A stretch of DNA of 32,000 nt, from positions 330,001-362,000 of the forward strand of contig CP011211.1 of the NCBI GenBank assembly GCA_001029695.1, in the 5' to 3' direction. Within the stretch, counting starts at the first letter, position 1, and each line of letters opens with the position of its first letter. Both the position numbers and the translations under genes were made by a program. Under the pieces are notes generated by a model. The model saw nothing but the letters and a program-made list of their open reading frames with translations. It was not told the origin of the DNA and made no database searches. Source of the stretch: Candidatus Saccharimonadota bacterium (GTDB lineage: Bacteria; Patescibacteriota; Saccharimonadia; Saccharimonadales; Saccharimonadaceae). Below, one piece after another: positions 23,247-31,278 of this stretch.

Positions 23247-23690
23247 ATGAAGGATACATTAGACAATAATATCCACTGGCAAGCGATGACACTATTCACG
23301 CACTTAAAGCACGATCTCGTGAAATTCGCTGAACAGCACAACCTAAACCTTAGTCAACTCCAGGCACTCCTTTCCCTTGAGCCGAACCATCCGATTCCCA
23401 TGAACCGTCTCTCATGCATGGTAGGCTGCGACGCATCATACATAACCGGCGTGGTCGATAAACTCCTTGCGCTCCAGCTCATCACCCGTCAAGAAAGCGA
23501 GCACGATCGTCGCATAAAAACAATTGAACTCACAGAGGCTGGAGTTCAATTTCGTGAACACCTCATACGCGCTTTAAGTGATTTTTCGAACGACTACTTT
23601 TCGGCAGTAATCTCATCTAAAGATACTTCGCCGACATTGCTCGATCTAATGAACGAAGTAGCTATAACGAGACAGAATAAACTTACTTAG
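23247..23690 (+). CDS. MarR family transcriptional regulator, 147 aa
   Basis: It has a winged-HTH segment (MNRLSCMVGCDASYITGVVDKLLALQLITRQESEHDRRIKTIELTEAG) and is divergent from an MFS efflux gene, the classical arrangement. Confidence 0.8.
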   Translation: MKDTLDNNIHWQAMTLFTHLKHDLVKFAEQHNLNLSQLQALLSLEPNHPIPMNRLSCMVGCDASYITGVVDKLLALQLITRQESEHDRRIKTIELTEAGVQFREHLIRALSDFSNDYFSAVISSKDTSPTLLDLMNEVAITRQNKLT

Positions 23691-23696
23691 CAGTCG

Positions 23697-24422
23697 CTAG
23701 GCGGTTACGACGCCAAATATGTGGCCAATACCATACGTCACCCCTGCAGACAGAACGATAATCAGAAGCTGCCTCAAAGAACCGTACCACACACTTCTTC
23801 CGCTTGAACGAGCGGTATAACCCCCAACAAAAAGACCTGCTAGCGCCGTCAATCCTATAGCCACTAGGATTGCCGTGAGATCATTAAATCCAAACATCCA
23901 TGGCCCAAGTGGTACGAGCGCTCCTATAGTAAATAGCACAAAGGATGAACCCGCCGCCCGCCAAGGAGAACCTAGCTCATCTTGGTTGATGCCTATGATC
24001 TGCGATGAATACATAGACATAAACTCATCCTGATTGGCTGCAATATCTTTCGTTGCCGACAAAGCTGTGTCTGGATGCATACCGTGCTCTTTAAAATCAT
24101 CAACGAGTTTCTCCTGGAGTAGATGATAATCTTTTTTTACCGCCAACCGAAGATCATCAAGCACTCCCTGAAAAAGTTCAACCTGAGTTTTAACCGATAT
24201 CCATTCTCCAGCAGCCATCGATATAGCACCTGCGAGTAAACCAGCAAATCCCGCGGTGAGCACCGCCTTAGGATCCGCCCCAGCTGCACCTACACCAACT
24301 ACGAGACATAGAGTGCTTACGAGTCCATCAGTTACTCCAAGTACCGCCGCCCGCGCGCCACCACGCTGCACTTGTGCTGCTCGCTGAGCGAGGACAGCGC
24401 TTATTTCTGTATTTTTAGTCAT
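23697..24422 (-). CDS. VIT1/CCC1 family iron/manganese transporter, 241 aa
   Basis: AAVLGVTDGLVSTLCLVVGVGAAG and LLAGAISMAAGEWISVKTQVE are typical VIT-family motifs, and the C-terminal TM bundle is present. TACAAT lies 7 nt upstream of the ATG. Confidence 0.8.
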   Translation of the reverse strand: MTKNTEISAVLAQRAAQVQRGGARAAVLGVTDGLVSTLCLVVGVGAAGADPKAVLTAGFAGLLAGAISMAAGEWISVKTQVELFQGVLDDLRLAVKKDYHLLQEKLVDDFKEHGMHPDTALSATKDIAANQDEFMSMYSSQIIGINQDELGSPWRAAGSSFVLFTIGALVPLGPWMFGFNDLTAILVAIGLTALAGLFVGGYTARSSGRSVWYGSLRQLLIIVLSAGVTYGIGHIFGVVTA

Positions 24423-24468
24423 GAGTACTATTGTAGCTTATCGAAGCATCAACTAGAACCAAACTGTA

Positions 24469-25023
24469 TTATTTCTGCAATAATTCAAGAAGCTTCATCG
24501 TCGTATTATAGTTTCGAATTGTTATCTGCTTATAAACGGGAAGTGCGGCAAGTTTGCCCGTCCTGCTCCGTCCAAACGAGCTAAATTCTATTGACTGAAG
24601 TATCGCACCCTTCGCTGGAATTAACTGCTCAATATCGGGTTTCAACTCCCCAATTGCCGTCAATACGTCATCCTGACTACAGGGTGGGAGTAAAAAAAGA
24701 GTATTATACTTCCACGAAGCATCCGAGCCCCACTTATCCGGCATAGCTGAGACTATTTCCGACAGCTGCCATGAAGAAATGACGACAGCTTTAACCTCCA
24801 GCCCAAATAGGCCATAGATCGCCCGCTCGATCTCACTAGCCAATGACTGTTCATTTCTACTTGTACTTGAAAACAGTACGTTACCACTCTGAATGTAAGT
24901 AGATACCTCCGAAAAACCCATCGCAGTCAATCCCTGTGAAAGATCTGACATCTTTATAAGGCTTTTTCCACCTACATTCACACCCCGTAAAAGCGCGACG
25001 TAGCGTTGCGGCGTGTTAGCCAT
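24469..25023 (-). CDS. DUF1697 domain-containing protein, 184 aa
   Basis: YVALLRGVNVGGKSLIKMSDL is the hallmark N-terminus of DUF1697. I place the start at ATG 25023 (the track start at 25116 is a TTG). It overlaps the upstream gene by 8 nt. Confidence 0.75.
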   Translation of the reverse strand: MANTPQRYVALLRGVNVGGKSLIKMSDLSQGLTAMGFSEVSTYIQSGNVLFSSTSRNEQSLASEIERAIYGLFGLEVKAVVISSWQLSEIVSAMPDKWGSDASWKYNTLFLLPPCSQDDVLTAIGELKPDIEQLIPAKGAILQSIEFSSFGRSRTGKLAALPVYKQITIRNYNTTMKLLELLQK

Positions 25024-25435
25024 TTGCCGCAGCTTTCTTTTCGATAGATAACTTAACCTCATCAGGTCTTTCAATCTCAACGACGATCTTATCAAATCCA
25101 GTAGAATTTTTATCAACTAAAAAGATCGTCAATAATTGATGCGAAGGTCGATCAAATGAAACAAACATATGCTCACCTTTCGTACGAAATCTTCCCCCGC
25201 GAGCTCCGGTAAGGGGATTAGAGTAGCCTATCCTCGGCGCAAATATAGAGATGGACTCTATCGACCCCACAGAGACCGAAGCTATATCAGCATACGAAAT
25301 ATTAAGATGTGATTTTAGTGCAGCAATAGCCGTAAGACCATATAGGCGAACCTCTACGCCGCTTTCATCCGCTACTACAGCTCGTCGACTCGTACCAATT
25401 TTTCGTACCAACTCGAGTGATTTTTCACTAATCAT
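25016..25435 (-). CDS. hypothetical protein, 139 aa, possibly bacterial PH-domain-like
   Basis: The ORF is directly abutted to the LiaF-like stop codon and overlaps the DUF1697 start. The segment APRIGYSNPLTGARGGRFRTKGEHMFVSF is reminiscent of bPH-type domains, but this is a weak judgement from memory. Confidence 0.45.
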   Translation of the reverse strand: MISEKSLELVRKIGTSRRAVVADESGVEVRLYGLTAIAALKSHLNISYADIASVSVGSIESISIFAPRIGYSNPLTGARGGRFRTKGEHMFVSFDRPSHQLLTIFLVDKNSTGFDKIVVEIERPDEVKLSIEKKAAANG

Positions 25436-26101
25436 CTAGTTCTTAATCTCAACGCCCGCCATAATTACATCGCCAGTCACATAAAGAATAGGAGCATTCT
25501 TGGTAGCATCTTGTTCAGACTTATCCTCAATACCACCTAAGATCGCAGATGTTTGGTTCTTTACGATCACATCTCTTGGAACGATAATCTCAACCCCACC
25601 CATAAGACTAAAGACTTCGAGAGTAGCTTCTTTTTTGATTGTTGCTTTTCGTAAATCAATCTTCACGCCACCCAGTATAGCCGTTACTCGACTCCCCTTA
25701 AAATCATCGGACATATTACGCTGATCACTGCCGCCGAGTATTGCCGTAATGTCATCCCGGTCAGATTTACTAATATGACGACTCGATGCAGTACGATTTA
25801 TGATCACCGAGAGACCAATCGCAATGATTATTACCGGCCAAACAAACTGCCATGGATTAACATCAATGACATCAAGCTGTTTCAGTTGAAGCATGGCGCC
25901 AGCAGCGACAATAACAAGCGCCCATATATAGCTTTTTACATCGTTAATGAATACTAGTATTCCCGCACCGATAACAATAAGTGGCCACCACTTACCGATC
26001 ACCTCGCCAAAGTTAAAGACATCCAAGTTGCCAAGGAGTAGTCCGACTCCAAAAATAATAATTGCAAGACCGGTAATAAATCGTATTATGTAAGTTTTCA
26101 T
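25436..26101 (-). CDS. LiaF-like (cell wall-active antibiotics response protein-like) membrane protein, 221 aa
   Basis: Four N-terminal TM helices are followed by a C-terminal repeat region with recurring ILGG/MGGVE motifs (AILGGSD, AILGGVKIDL, LMGGVEIIVP, AILGGIEDK, IMAGVEI), typical of the LiaF/DUF2154 C-terminal domain. Confidence 0.65.
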   Translation of the reverse strand: MKTYIIRFITGLAIIIFGVGLLLGNLDVFNFGEVIGKWWPLIVIGAGILVFINDVKSYIWALVIVAAGAMLQLKQLDVIDVNPWQFVWPVIIIAIGLSVIINRTASSRHISKSDRDDITAILGGSDQRNMSDDFKGSRVTAILGGVKIDLRKATIKKEATLEVFSLMGGVEIIVPRDVIVKNQTSAILGGIEDKSEQDATKNAPILYVTGDVIMAGVEIKN

Positions 26102-26142
26102 ATATCTATGATACTACAGCGATAGGACAAGTCGGTATCTTA

Positions 26143-26385
26143 CTACGAGAGTGAGCGTACAAGTCCTACAATCGCGATCAATACCCACGCTATATTCAGA
26201 ACAAGAGTTTGTGTCACCTTACGAGCAACAGAAACGATAATCACACCTAACGCTCCCGTTAAGTTCAAGAGCTGATATACACTATGGTCGGCCGTCAACA
26301 CCCCAAGACTTACCAGTCCGTACGCGGCAAGTATCGCAAGAATTCCATACCAGCCAGCTATCTCAGCAAGGCGTCGCTTTGTCAT
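26143..26385 (-). CDS. small membrane protein, 80 aa, three predicted TM segments
   Basis: A hydrophobic ORF whose ATG overlaps the trhO stop (TAATG), implying translational coupling. The family is not confidently recognised. Confidence 0.5.
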   Translation of the reverse strand: MTKRRLAEIAGWYGILAILAAYGLVSLGVLTADHSVYQLLNLTGALGVIIVSVARKVTQTLVLNIAWVLIAIVGLVRSLS

Positions 26386-27284
26386 TAAGCAGTTGCGCCA
26401 ATTTTTGCTTTATCACGACATGCATCCGTATGGTAAAGCAGGTCAGGGTTCTGCTTACAAAAGAGACAGATGAGTACAAGGTCATTACAATTCGCCCATG
26501 CACAGTTTTCATAGTTATTTGTCGCACCTTCACAGTGACTACAAACGCCGATCACTTTTGGACTATCACTAAAATCAACCGTCATACGATCATCAAAGAC
26601 TCGCAAGCTACCTTCCCACAGGCCGTCGTCGCCATATGCTTCCCCGTACTTCACGATACCGCCATCGATCTGATAGACCTCTTTGAATCCACGATTTATC
26701 ATAAGACTACTAAGGATTTCACAACGAATACCACCCGTGCAGTACGTTACAATCGGCTTATCTTTTAAGTCGTCATACTTACCGCTTTCAAGTTCACGTA
26801 TAAAGTCGCGTGATGTGTGAGTGTCTGGCACAACAGCATCTTTAAATTTTCCGATTGCCGCTTCGTGTGCATTGCGCCCATCAAAGAAAACAACATCTTC
26901 ACGCTCCTGTACTAGTTTGTTCACCTGGCTTGGCTTTAAGTGTTTGCCGCCACCAACGACACCGTTTTCATCAACACGAAGTTCATCGGCTGCCTCAAAC
27001 GCAACTATTTCGCTCTTCACTTTCACGCTCATACGCGGGAAATCTTCGCGTCCTCCATCGCTCCATTTAAAGACAGTTCCTTTAAATCCAGGGAATTCTT
27101 TTGTTGCTTTTATATATTTCTTAAGATCGTCCATCTCACCGCCAACAGTACCGTTAAGGCCATGCGGTGATATCAAAATTCTACCCTTTAAATTCAAACT
27201 ATCTGCAAGCGTTTTTTGCCACAGCTTTGTCGTCTCCGGATCTTTGATAGGAGTAAATTTGTAATAGAGTAAAATCTTTTGCAT
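26385..27284 (-). CDS. trhO: rhodanese-domain tRNA uridine(34) hydroxylase TrhO (UPF0176/YceA family), 299 aa
   Basis: [11 protein letters not shown] and [17 protein letters not shown] at the N-terminus, the rhodanese active-site loop YCTGGIRCE, and a Cys-rich C-terminus. I place the start at ATG 27284 (the track start is a TTG), with TATAAT 8 nt upstream. Confidence 0.8.
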   Translation of the reverse strand: MQKILLYYKFTPIKDPETTKLWQKTLADSLNLKGRILISPHGLNGTVGGEMDDLKKYIKATKEFPGFKGTVFKWSDGGREDFPRMSVKVKSEIVAFEAADELRVDENGVVGGGKHLKPSQVNKLVQEREDVVFFDGRNAHEAAIGKFKDAVVPDTHTSRDFIRELESGKYDDLKDKPIVTYCTGGIRCEILSSLMINRGFKEVYQIDGGIVKYGEAYGDDGLWEGSLRVFDDRMTVDFSDSPKVIGVCSHCEGATNNYENCAWANCNDLVLICLFCKQNPDLLYHTDACRDKAKIGATA

Positions 27285-27315
27285 CAACAAATATTATACC
27301 ATATCAGTTCATGAT

Positions 27316-27564
27316 CTACTGATCTATGGTTGGCAAGGATTCGACAGGAACTTTAAGTACTTGCGCCAGGCGCTCAATCTGCTGAAACTTACAGTACTTT
27401 ATTGCCTCGCCATTCGCGCGATACACTCGATAATAGTGATCGAAGTGAATCACTTCACCTTTAAAGTTCTTCGCTTGAGTTGGCTCATCAATTCTTCGAA
27501 TCAGCCAATCGTCAGGCTCAAGCTCCAAAATACGTTGAATCTTTGCATAATGATTAAAAGCCAT
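27316..27564 (-). CDS. hypothetical protein, 82 aa
   Basis: An isolated ORF at the head of the minus-strand gene string, with TACAAT 9 nt upstream of the ATG. The C-terminal segment FQQIERLAQVLKVPVESL looks like the second half of an HTH, but no family is recognised. Confidence 0.45.
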   Translation of the reverse strand: MAFNHYAKIQRILELEPDDWLIRRIDEPTQAKNFKGEVIHFDHYYRVYRANGEAIKYCKFQQIERLAQVLKVPVESLPTIDQ

Positions 27565-27591
27565 ATTAGGTCTATTGTAGCTTAATTATAT

Positions 27592-27621
27592 TTGCATGAG
27601 ATATATTTACTATGATAAAAT
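27592..27621 (+). promoter_or_regulatory. promoter candidate TTGCAT-18-TGaTAAAAT for the ABC exporter pair
   Basis: -35 TTGCAT at 27592..27597, TG at 27613..27614, and -10 TAAAAT at 27616..27621. This would give a leader of about 100 nt containing a 15-bp palindrome and AAGGAGG. Confidence 0.4.
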
Positions 27622-27725
27622 ACAAGCACTATGATCCATTATGGATCCTCTACTCGTATACGTTTGGACGGCCAAACCAATAACGACTATAGAAATAATC
27701 ATATTTAAAATATCTAAGGAGGCAT

Positions 27726-29474
27726 ATGCAAAAGCATATATTTTCACTATTCTGGCAAAGCGCCATGCAATACCCATTTCGTACCATCGGAGCGCTATTA
27801 CTTTCAGCATCAACTGTTGTCGTAGCAAGCTTTCTTGGACCACTCATTATCGCAGACTTACTAGGTAAGCTACAGTCAGGCAGTCTTCGTCTGGAAAATG
27901 CATGGACTTTAATAGCACTCTACACTGCAATTCAAATCTACAGTCAGATTATTGGATGGCGACTCGTCAACCTAGCTGCGTGGACAATGGAAACAGCAGC
28001 ACAGCGTGATCTATATAGACAAATATTTAGTAACCTAACGGCACAGAGCTTAAACTTTCACGCCAACCGTTTCGGCGGCTCGCTAGTCTCCCAGACCAGC
28101 AAGATTATCGGGTCATTTGAGCGCTTTTGGGACACTATAATATTCCAGGTCATTCCAGTTGTAAGTAGTGTCGTCGGCGCAATTATCATCCTCAGCTTCG
28201 TGCTCTGGCAATATGCGCTGATGCTCGCAATTATCTCTACTGTTTTTGCCGTATCCGTATTCTATGGCTCGCGATTCCTCGCCATACGCAATAAAGAAGA
28301 GGCACAGGCCAGTACTGCCATTAGCGGACACGTTGCCGATAATATTACTAATATTGCCACTATAAAATCATACGGAGGCGAACGTAACGAGCAAAAGAGC
28401 TTAGAAGCCAAGACTAGCTTCTGGCGACAAAAATCACTTTCAAGCATGCGCGGCTTTCTTGGTATCAGCACTGTCTACTCTTCGCTCATCGCTACGCTAA
28501 ACGTAGTCGCACTCATTGTAGCTGTCTGGGCTTCTCAGGAAAACATTATAGCAATTGGAGCTGTATACCTCTGCATCACCTACACCTTCACTGTAGCGCA
28601 ACAGTTATGGCAGATGAACGGAGTCATGCGCAACTACAATCGAATCATTGGTGATGCACATGATATGAGCGAGATACTCCAACTTACACCTACAATCACG
28701 GATAAGAGCACTCAAAAGATTACAGTGAAGTATGGGCAAATAAAGGTTCAGAGTATCACCTTCGCACATGACGAAGATGCTGAAACACTTTTTAGAGACT
28801 TTAGCCTTGAGATCAAACCCGGTGAGCGCGTTGGCATTGTCGGACATTCAGGAAGTGGCAAGACAACACTTACAAAACTACTCCTTAGATTTGCTGACGT
28901 AGACAAAGGTGCAATCACTATCGACGATCAGGATATTTCACAGGTTACTCAAGAATCAATTCGCATGAGTATAGCCTACGTCCCACAAGAGCCAATGCTC
29001 TTTCATAGAAGTCTTCGAGAGAATATCTCCTATGGCAAACCAGACGCCACCGATAAAGAGATCATCGCCGCCGCAAAACGCGCAAATGCCTACGAGTTTA
29101 TCAAAAAGCTCCCCGAAGGCCTTGATACAACTGTCGGCGAGCGTGGCGTGAAACTTTCTGGCGGACAGCGTCAACGTATTGCAATTGCCCGCGCCATCTT
29201 AAAAGATGCCCCTATCCTAGTGCTTGATGAAGCGACAAGTGCGCTCGACAGCGAGAGCGAGAAGCTCATCCAGGACGCACTCGAAAAATTAATGAAAAAC
29301 CGCACATCCATCGTTATCGCCCATCGACTATCAACGATCGCAAAACTTGATCGCATTATCGTCCTAGACAACGGCAAAATTAAAGAAGATGGCACCCATA
29401 CCGAACTACTTGCAAAAAACGGCACCTACGCAAAATTATGGAGCCATCAAAGTGGCGGATTCATTGAAGAATAG
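27726..29474 (+). CDS. ABC transporter ATP-binding protein/permease (type I exporter half-transporter), 582 aa
   Basis: A six-helix TMD is followed by an NBD with Walker A GHSGSGKTT, Q-loop VPQEP, signature LSGGQRQR, Walker B ILVLDEATSALD and H-loop AHRLST. AAGGAGG (27716..27722) lies 3 nt upstream of the ATG. Confidence 0.92.
   Translation: MQKHIFSLFWQSAMQYPFRTIGALLLSASTVVVASFLGPLIIADLLGKLQSGSLRLENAWTLIALYTAIQIYSQIIGWRLVNLAAWTMETAAQRDLYRQIFSNLTAQSLNFHANRFGGSLVSQTSKIIGSFERFWDTIIFQVIPVVSSVVGAIIILSFVLWQYALMLAIISTVFAVSVFYGSRFLAIRNKEEAQASTAISGHVADNITNIATIKSYGGERNEQKSLEAKTSFWRQKSLSSMRGFLGISTVYSSLIATLNVVALIVAVWASQENIIAIGAVYLCITYTFTVAQQLWQMNGVMRNYNRIIGDAHDMSEILQLTPTITDKSTQKITVKYGQIKVQSITFAHDEDAETLFRDFSLEIKPGERVGIVGHSGSGKTTLTKLLLRFADVDKGAITIDDQDISQVTQESIRMSIAYVPQEPMLFHRSLRENISYGKPDATDKEIIAAAKRANAYEFIKKLPEGLDTTVGERGVKLSGGQRQRIAIARAILKDAPILVLDEATSALDSESEKLIQDALEKLMKNRTSIVIAHRLSTIAKLDRIIVLDNGKIKEDGTHTELLAKNGTYAKLWSHQSGGFIEE
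29437..29474 (+). repeat. 38-nt exact direct repeat (copy 1) at the 3' end of ABC1
   Basis: TATGGAGCCATCAAAGTGGCGGATTCATTGAAGAATAG is identical to 31226..31263. Confidence 0.95.
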
Positions 29475-29478
29475 CTCT

Positions 29479-31263
29479 ATGACAAAGCTTTTTATAAGAA
29501 CAAACCCGCAAACAGCCAAGAAAACTCTCTTACTTTTTTGGAATGAAATGTCGAAAGATAAAAAAAGTGTCTGGATATACAGCATCTGTATACCGATTAA
29601 TAGACTGCTTTACATCGTGCTTCTCCCGCTGCTTTTTAGTCTTGTTATCCAGTCCTTGATTACAAATCCCCATAACTGGCAATACCCAATACTGCTCCTT
29701 GGAATTGGCGTGATCGTGTCAATCATATCACTAGTGGTTGGCGATATCGGGTTTAGGCGACTCTTTCGTCATGAGGAGCGAATGCGAACATCACTGACGG
29801 TGTTTGCCATGGATACCCTACTCGCACATAGCGATCAATACTTCGCAAATAAAAAGGTAGGTTCTCTTTCGGGAGATGTCGATAAGTTCGGCGACTCTAT
29901 ATTGTCATTTCTTGATGTCATCTTTCTCCAAGCGAGTGGTATCATTGTCAACTTCATCGCTAGTCTTATTATCATTGCTTTTCTCTCGCCCATACTACTG
30001 CTTCCGCTTACTATAGTAACCGTATATCTTGTATGGAAAAGCGCCAAGGGCGCAGCACGCCGCGGACCACTTCGACACCAACGAAAACTGTTACAGTCAA
30101 AACTCAACGGCACCGTTGCAGACATTATTGGCAATCAACAAATCGTTCGCTACTTCGCGACAACTGATAGCGAAATCTCTCGAGTCATCTCTGCACGCAG
30201 TAAGATCGAGTCTATAGCAAACTCAGAAATAGATATCATGCAGCGAGAGTCGATACTCCGACAAGCTGTGTTGTTCGGATTTCAAATTGCAACTCTTGCC
30301 GCCTGCGTCTGGCTCTATACCCACGACATGGTGTCAATTGCAGCATTAGTATTTGCCGTTACATACCTTGGTCGACTTACAGGATCATTGTTCGAAATAT
30401 CTCCCCTCATACGAAACACTGAGCAGGCATTTCTGAACGCCTCAGGCATTACCGATATTCTTGATGAAACACCCGAAGTGAAGGATACTCACACTGCAAG
30501 ACCACTCCGAGTAACGGATGGATCAGTAGGGTTCTCAACTGTTGATTTTCGCTATAAAGATAGCTCAGGAGGTAATGTTATCCAAGGATTGTCACTCTCA
30601 ATTGCTGGAGGTGAAAGAATCGGCCTTGCAGGATTAAGCGGCGGCGGCAAAACAACACTAACAAAACTACTCCTACGCTTCGCTGATAGCAATAAAGGCA
30701 CCATAACTATTGACGGTCAAGATATCACAAAAGTATCACAGCATAGCTTACGTGAGAATATCGCCTATGTCCCCCAAGAGCCATATCTATTTCACAGAAG
30801 CTTACGTGAGAATATCGCCTATGGTCGACAGGACGCAACAGATCAAGAAATTTATACTGCGATAGATCAAGCAAACGCACGAGATTTCGTCGACACATTG
30901 CCCGATGGTCTTAATACGGTTGTCGGTGAACGCGGCGTTAAGCTTTCCGGCGGGCAACGTCAGCGCATCGCAATTGCTCGTGCCATCCTAAAAGATGCAC
31001 CAATCCTCATACTAGACGAAGCCACCAGCGCTCTTGACAGCGAAAGCGAGAAGCTCATCCAGGATGCGCTTGAGACCCTGATGAGCAACAAGACCTCAAT
31101 CGTTGTCGCTCACCGTCTTTCGACCATTGCGAGACTTGATCGTATCATTGTACTTGAAAACGGAAAAATTATCGAAGATGGCTCACACGGCAAATTACTC
31201 AAGGAACAAGGGGTGTATGCAAAACTATGGAGCCATCAAAGTGGCGGATTCATTGAAGAATAG
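29479..31263 (+). CDS. ABC transporter ATP-binding protein/permease (second half-transporter), 594 aa
   Basis: I place the start at ATG 29479 (MTKLFIRT), 4 nt after the ABC1 stop. The track start at 29389 lies inside ABC1. It has a TMD plus NBD with Walker A GLSGGGKTT, LSGGQRQR and ILILDEATSALD. It is the probable heterodimer partner of ABC1. Confidence 0.9.
   Translation: MTKLFIRTNPQTAKKTLLLFWNEMSKDKKSVWIYSICIPINRLLYIVLLPLLFSLVIQSLITNPHNWQYPILLLGIGVIVSIISLVVGDIGFRRLFRHEERMRTSLTVFAMDTLLAHSDQYFANKKVGSLSGDVDKFGDSILSFLDVIFLQASGIIVNFIASLIIIAFLSPILLLPLTIVTVYLVWKSAKGAARRGPLRHQRKLLQSKLNGTVADIIGNQQIVRYFATTDSEISRVISARSKIESIANSEIDIMQRESILRQAVLFGFQIATLAACVWLYTHDMVSIAALVFAVTYLGRLTGSLFEISPLIRNTEQAFLNASGITDILDETPEVKDTHTARPLRVTDGSVGFSTVDFRYKDSSGGNVIQGLSLSIAGGERIGLAGLSGGGKTTLTKLLLRFADSNKGTITIDGQDITKVSQHSLRENIAYVPQEPYLFHRSLRENIAYGRQDATDQEIYTAIDQANARDFVDTLPDGLNTVVGERGVKLSGGQRQRIAIARAILKDAPILILDEATSALDSESEKLIQDALETLMSNKTSIVVAHRLSTIARLDRIIVLENGKIIEDGSHGKLLKEQGVYAKLWSHQSGGFIEE
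30745..30823 (+). repeat. intragenic 25-nt exact direct repeat, copies 54 nt apart, in frame
   Basis: AGCTTACGTGAGAATATCGCCTATG occurs at 30745..30769 and 30799..30823. Both copies encode SLRENIAY on either side of the Q-loop of ABC2. Confidence 0.95.
31226..31263 (+). repeat. 38-nt exact direct repeat (copy 2) at the 3' end of ABC2
   Basis: Identical to 29437..29474. The identity stops exactly at the stop codon. Confidence 0.95.
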
Positions 31264-31278
31264 ATCGTCGCATCTCGC

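Noticed and set aside
22624-23250. 208-aa plus-strand ORF
   Set aside because: It is entirely antisense to the MFS transporter. Its Pro/Ser/Ala-rich translation is typical of the reverse frame of a membrane-protein gene, and it has no start-site signals.
26379-27264. Plus-strand ORFs of 129, 147, 71 and 76 aa
   Set aside because: All are antisense to trhO, which has clear family motifs. They are shadow ORFs.
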